A DNA stretch of 64,000 nt from Erysipelotrichaceae bacterium (GTDB lineage: Bacteria > Bacillota_I > Bacilli_A > RFN20 > CAG-449): assembly GCA_015059095.1 (NCBI GenBank), contig SVBA01000005.1, positions 30,298 to 94,297 of the forward strand, given 5' to 3'. The first letter of the stretch is position 1, and each line of letters opens with the position of its first letter. A model generated the notes under the pieces. The model was given only the letters and a program-made list of their open reading frames with translations, searched no databases and was not told the origin of the DNA. Positions 59,547 to 64,000 of this stretch are shown piece after piece. Position numbers and translations under genes: made by a program.

Positions 59547-61055
59547 TTAATCTTCTAAATCATAAATTTCTGTAAATTTCTCTTTTAAATAATTGATGTA
59601 ATAATCTGGATTAAACTTTTCTCCAGTTACCTTTAATATCCATTCATTAGGATCAGTAATTGAAGCAATAGACCAAGCATGTTCTTTTAACCAATCTCTA
59701 ATTTTATAAATTTCATCATTTCTAATACATTCTTCAATATTTAAATCTTTTTCCATTGTCTTATAAATTTGAGCAGCATAAGCACTACCTAAAGAATAAG
59801 ATGGGAAATATCCATAGGTATCAGTCCAATGAACATCTTGAAGAATACCTTCTTTATTATTTGGAACATCTACTCCTAAATATTCTTTGTATTTTTCATT
59901 CCATCTCTTATCTAAATCTTCTACACCAAATTCACCATTAATAAAGCCTTTTTCAAGTTCATAACGAATTAAAATATGTAAAGAATAAGTCAATTCATCA
60001 GCCTCAGTTCTAATTAAACTTGGAGCAGCAATATTAACTCCTTCGTATAATTCTTGTTTTGTTACATCTTTGAATTCTTCATTAAATAATTCTAAAAACT
60101 TAGGATAAATTAAATCAATAAATGCTTTAGATCTACCTACCATATTTTCAAAAAATCTTGATGCACATTCATGCATTGCCATCGACATATGACCTTCAAT
60201 ATGGTATTTATGGAATATTTCTGGTTCATTTTGATCAAATAAAGCATGTCCGCCTTCATGCATAATACTATAAAGATTAGAAATGAACATATCTTCATAA
60301 TAATGAGTTGTAACTCTAGTATCACCAAGTCCAAAACCAGTAGTAAAAGGATGTTCAGTAGTCATCAAAACTAAAGCATCCATATCTAAGCCTTCATGTT
60401 CTAATAACCATTTAGAAAATCTTTCTTGTTTATATATTTCTACTTTTCTAGATAGGAAATCTTCTCTTATTACTTTTTTTGAATTTAAAATCTTTTTAAC
60501 TAAAGGAACGATACCTTCTTTCAATTTAGAAAAGTAATCATCCAAAACTTCGATAGAATTTCCTTTTTCAAAATCATTTAAAATCGTATCATAGATAGTT
60601 TTTTCTTGTTTATCTCTTAATAATACTCTTTGTTTAGTTAATTCAATAACTTTACCTAAATAAGGTTTAAATCCTTCATAATCACCTTTTTCTTTACATT
60701 CTAACCATTTTAAATAAGAATCAGATGTTGCTTTTTGATATTCTTCTTGCATTTTTGGAGTGATATTCTTACTTTTTTCTTTACTTTCATATAAATTAGA
60801 AATCAATTTAACTTCATATTCATTTAGTCCTTCATGATTTAAATAAAGTTCATCAACAGTAGACATAAACTTCTTTGAATGCATTAATTTAAATGGGATT
60901 GAAGAAATTTTATTAATGTCATCACTTGCTCTTTGAAGACCTTTTTTAGGCGCGATACATTGCATATCAAAACTTACTTTACCCATTAAGCGATAATATA
61001 GTTCAACTTTTTCTAATGTTTTATTGATATAATTAATTCTTTGTCTATTAGTCAT
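59547..61055 (-). CDS. Carboxypeptidase Taq family (M32)
   Basis: EHPFT, HEGGHALF, HECASRFFEN, IRTEADELTY, GILQDVHW, GYFPSYSLG. Confidence 0.92.
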   Translation of the reverse strand: MTNRQRINYINKTLEKVELYYRLMGKVSFDMQCIAPKKGLQRASDDINKISSIPFKLMHSKKFMSTVDELYLNHEGLNEYEVKLISNLYESKEKSKNITPKMQEEYQKATSDSYLKWLECKEKGDYEGFKPYLGKVIELTKQRVLLRDKQEKTIYDTILNDFEKGNSIEVLDDYFSKLKEGIVPLVKKILNSKKVIREDFLSRKVEIYKQERFSKWLLEHEGLDMDALVLMTTEHPFTTGFGLGDTRVTTHYYEDMFISNLYSIMHEGGHALFDQNEPEIFHKYHIEGHMSMAMHECASRFFENMVGRSKAFIDLIYPKFLELFNEEFKDVTKQELYEGVNIAAPSLIRTEADELTYSLHILIRYELEKGFINGEFGVEDLDKRWNEKYKEYLGVDVPNNKEGILQDVHWTDTYGYFPSYSLGSAYAAQIYKTMEKDLNIEECIRNDEIYKIRDWLKEHAWSIASITDPNEWILKVTGEKFNPDYYINYLKEKFTEIYDLED

Positions 61056-61056
61056 A

Positions 61057-62805
61057 TTATTTAATTTTCTCCTTTATTTTTAAAGCAATTTCTAGAGGAA
61101 CAATTTGACTTAGTTCTTCTAAAGAAGCCTTCTTTAAACTATCTAAAGAAGGAAATGCTTTTTCTAAACTCTCTTTTCTTTTTTTACCTATCCCTTTAAT
61201 ATCGTCATAGATAGAAGAAGTTAGTCCTTTTCCTCTTTTATCTTTATGGAAAGTAATCGCATAACGATGGACTTCATCTTGCATTCTTACAAGCATTAAG
61301 AAGAGTCTTGATTTTTTATCGATGTAATGTAATTCATTATTGTAAATCAAACCATTAGTATGATGCTTATCATTTTTAGATAGGCCACATACTGGAATAT
61401 TTAACATCAAATTATCTAACACTTCTCTAGCTACGTTAATTTGATTTTCTCCCCCATCCACAATGATTAAATCTGGCATTTTCTTATCTTCGATAAGAAG
61501 ACGAGTATATCTTCTTCGAATTACTTCTTCCATCGATTTTAAATCATCTTTACCAGAAGATTCTTGAATATTAAACTTACGATACTCACTAGGAACTTTA
61601 ACTCCATTAATAAATACAACCATCGCACCTATTGGGAAAGAACCTTGTAAGTGTGAATTATCAAATAACTCAATATGTAAAGGAGTCTTAATTTTTAATA
61701 AATCACCTAATTCATTTAATAAAGATAATGTATCATCTTCAAGTCTAGCCGTTAAAAAATGTTCATCTAAACCATTTTTTGCATTTTCATAGGCGATTAA
61801 TAATAAATCTTTTTTTACTCCTCTAGTTGGAGAAATAACTTTTCTTTCTAATAAGTAAGATAATTTTTCGCCAATTTCTTTATTAGATACAATGATTTCT
61901 TTTGGAATATTATGAGACAAATAATATTGAAAAACATTTTCAATAAATTCCTCTTCATAATCTTCAAACTCTTCCATAATGAAGACATCTTTACCAAGTA
62001 AATTACCTTTACGATATGTCATAATACAAATCGAATAATAACCATCACGTGTAGATAAAGAAATGACATCTCGATCGATATGATCTTGAAGTTGAATATT
62101 TTGTTTAATAACAACTTTTTCAATCGAATCTAAAATATCTTTAATTTCTTTAGCCTTTTCAAATTCTAGTTTTTCACTAGCATCCATCATTTCAAGTTTT
62201 AATTTCTCTTTAATTTTTGAAGTATCACCATTTAAAAAATGATTAATTTCATTAATTAAAGGTATATATTCTTCTTCACTAACCTTTTTTATGCATGGTC
62301 CTAAACATTGACCTAAATGATAATATAAACAAGGTTCAGTTTTTAAATGTTGACATTTTCTTAGTGGAAATAACTTATTTAACAAATCAATTGTTTTATA
62401 ACATGCCTGAGAATTAGGATAAGGACCAAAATATTTAAAATTTTTATCTTTATCATTATAAGCAATCTTTAAAAATGGATCCCCTTTTTTATTTAAAGCA
62501 ATATAAGGATAAGATTTACCATCTTTTAATAAAATGTTGTATTTAGGATAATATTTTCTAATTAAATTAATTTCTAAAAGTAAAGCTTCTTTTTCATTTA
62601 ATGTTTCAATTGTATCAAAATCATCTATTTCTCTAACCATGCGAAAAACTTTTCCTTCTTGAGGACGAAGGAAGTATTGTTTAACTCTTTTAATTAAAGA
62701 TTTCGCTTTCCCTACATAAATTATAGTTCCACTTTCATCTTTCATTAAATAAACACCTGGTTTAGAAGTTAATAAATCAATTTTTGCCTTAACTTTTTCA
62801 TTCAT
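61057..62805 (-). CDS. uvrC: Excinuclease ABC subunit C
   Basis: PGVYLMKD...IIYVGKAKSL (GIY-YIG), PKYNILLKDGKSYPYI, IELFDNSH, IIVDGG.NQ, RMQDEVHRYAI. Confidence 0.96.
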   Translation of the reverse strand: MNEKVKAKIDLLTSKPGVYLMKDESGTIIYVGKAKSLIKRVKQYFLRPQEGKVFRMVREIDDFDTIETLNEKEALLLEINLIRKYYPKYNILLKDGKSYPYIALNKKGDPFLKIAYNDKDKNFKYFGPYPNSQACYKTIDLLNKLFPLRKCQHLKTEPCLYYHLGQCLGPCIKKVSEEEYIPLINEINHFLNGDTSKIKEKLKLEMMDASEKLEFEKAKEIKDILDSIEKVVIKQNIQLQDHIDRDVISLSTRDGYYSICIMTYRKGNLLGKDVFIMEEFEDYEEEFIENVFQYYLSHNIPKEIIVSNKEIGEKLSYLLERKVISPTRGVKKDLLLIAYENAKNGLDEHFLTARLEDDTLSLLNELGDLLKIKTPLHIELFDNSHLQGSFPIGAMVVFINGVKVPSEYRKFNIQESSGKDDLKSMEEVIRRRYTRLLIEDKKMPDLIIVDGGENQINVAREVLDNLMLNIPVCGLSKNDKHHTNGLIYNNELHYIDKKSRLFLMLVRMQDEVHRYAITFHKDKRGKGLTSSIYDDIKGIGKKRKESLEKAFPSLDSLKKASLEELSQIVPLEIALKIKEKIK

Positions 62806-64000
62806 TTTAAATAAACTACGGTTGCTCCTACCCCACCTTCACCTAGACCACCTAGTCTAAATGATTTAATATCTTTTCTTTTCTTCAAATATTCATGAAC
62901 TGCACTTCTTAATTTACCAGTTCCTGAACCATGAATCAATCTAACTTCACTATATCTAGCAGCAATTGCATCACTTAAATAAGCATCAATTTCTCTTAAA
63001 CCTTCTTCAACTCGATATCCAACTATATTACATTCTAAACTTACCTTTTTATCTAATTTGTAACTTGGAGTATACGTTTTAGGCTTATTATCTTTTTTAG
63101 AAGCTTTAATTTTAGTTAAACCACTAGATTTTACACTCAAATTTAAACCTTGATCAGTTAGTAAAGTTACATTATCACCTTTGATTCTAATTACTTTACC
63201 AGTAACATTAAAATCATCCGCTCTTACATAATCATTGATTGAAGGAACATAAGAAGATTCTTCTTCATCTTCTTCGTAATCTCTTAATAAATCTAAATTA
63301 CGTTTTGCAGTAATTACTTCATGCATTTTATAATCTTCTTTAGATTTAAATTGTTCAAAGATTTTATCTATTTCTTCTTTAGCTTCTTCAATAATTTTTT
63401 GTTTTTCACTTTCTGCTTCTTCTTTTATCTTATCTTGAAGTTTTAATAGATTTCTTTTTTCATGTTCTAGATTTCTAATTCTTTTATTAATTTCTTCTTC
63501 TTTTTCTTTTAAAGAAAGTTGAATAGATTCATTTTCTTCTAAACGTTTTTGTAAAAGCGCTAAAGTAATTTCTTTATCAGTTTTTCTTTTATCTTCAATA
63601 TAAGAATAACTAGTATCTAAAATTTCTTTATTTAACCCCATACGTTTAGACATTTCTAAACCATAGGATTTCCCTGCTACACCTAATCTAAGACGATAAG
63701 TAGGTGCAATATTTTCTTCATCGAATTCCATCGAAGCATTTAAAATGTAATTATTTTCTAAAGCAAAAGTCTTTAATCCATCATAATGCGACGTTAATAC
63801 TGCAAATGCTCCAACTTTATGTAAATAGGTAATTACACCAATACCCAATGCTTCACCATCTAAAGGAGAAGTCCCTGTACCAAGTTCATCAAATATAACT
63901 AAAGAATCTTCACTAATTTGATCAACAATTTCAATAATATTTTTAATATGACCTGAGAAAGTAGATAAATTATCAATCAATGATTGATTATCACCCATAT
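62802..64000 (-). CDS. mutS2: Endonuclease MutS2, 3' part (start lies beyond the window)
   Basis: GDNQSL..NLSTFSGH, FDELGTGTSP.DG.ALG, NASMEFD, G..GKSYG, C-terminal Smr domain LIHGSGTGKLR...GG.GAT. Confidence 0.93.
   Translation of the reverse strand, partial: MGDNQSLIDNLSTFSGHIKNIIEIVDQISEDSLVIFDELGTGTSPLDGEALGIGVITYLHKVGAFAVLTSHYDGLKTFALENNYILNASMEFDEENIAPTYRLRLGVAGKSYGLEMSKRMGLNKEILDTSYSYIEDKRKTDKEITLALLQKRLEENESIQLSLKEKEEEINKRIRNLEHEKRNLLKLQDKIKEEAESEKQKIIEEAKEEIDKIFEQFKSKEDYKMHEVITAKRNLDLLRDYEEDEEESSYVPSINDYVRADDFNVTGKVIRIKGDNVTLLTDQGLNLSVKSSGLTKIKASKKDNKPKTYTPSYKLDKKVSLECNIVGYRVEEGLREIDAYLSDAIAARYSEVRLIHGSGTGKLRSAVHEYLKKRKDIKSFRLGGLGEGGVGATVVYLK

Noticed and set aside
63996-63998. ATG at 63998 as the start of the last gene
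   Set aside because: It is internal to the MutS2 ATPase domain; the gene continues beyond the window.

Overview
64 kb of chromosome from a very AT-rich (roughly 25% GC by eye), genome-reduced but spore-forming member of the Bacilli. It uses genetic code 11 (TGA is a stop in sigE and sepF) and is probably an uncultured lineage. Almost all genes are on the minus strand and much of the order mirrors B. subtilis: radC-spoIVFA-spoIVFB-rplU-prp-rpmA-obg, ruvA-ruvB-yrzE-yrbG-spoVB-secDF-recJ, and mraY-murD...spoVE-murG-murB-divIB-ftsA-ftsZ-spoIIGA-sigE...sigG. Also present are glycogen genes (glgCDA, pulA), pheST, mraZ-rsmH-ftsL, ftsK, ligA, uvrC and mutS2. Accessory or unusual elements: (1) a 1505-aa repeat-rich surface lipoprotein inside the dcw cluster, driven by a perfect TTGACA/TATAAT promoter whose spacer holds a G10 tract (19-bp spacer; predicted phase-variable switch); (2) a jetABC/mksFEB SMC operon with no jetD/mksG nuclease, in housekeeping context; (3) a 1.4-kb TnpB-only IS200/IS605 element inserted 3' of TTGAT in mscS, with both ends, the omega-RNA region and the guide readable; (4) a GNAT-MsrA fusion; (5) an unannotated bacteriocin-leader-like peptide coupled to radC; (6) a SecDF that appears to lack the proton-relay residues; (7) a palindrome shared by the pulA and lipoprotein promoters. 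No rRNA, tRNA or CRISPR array was seen. All family assignments come from motif recognition by eye, not database searches.
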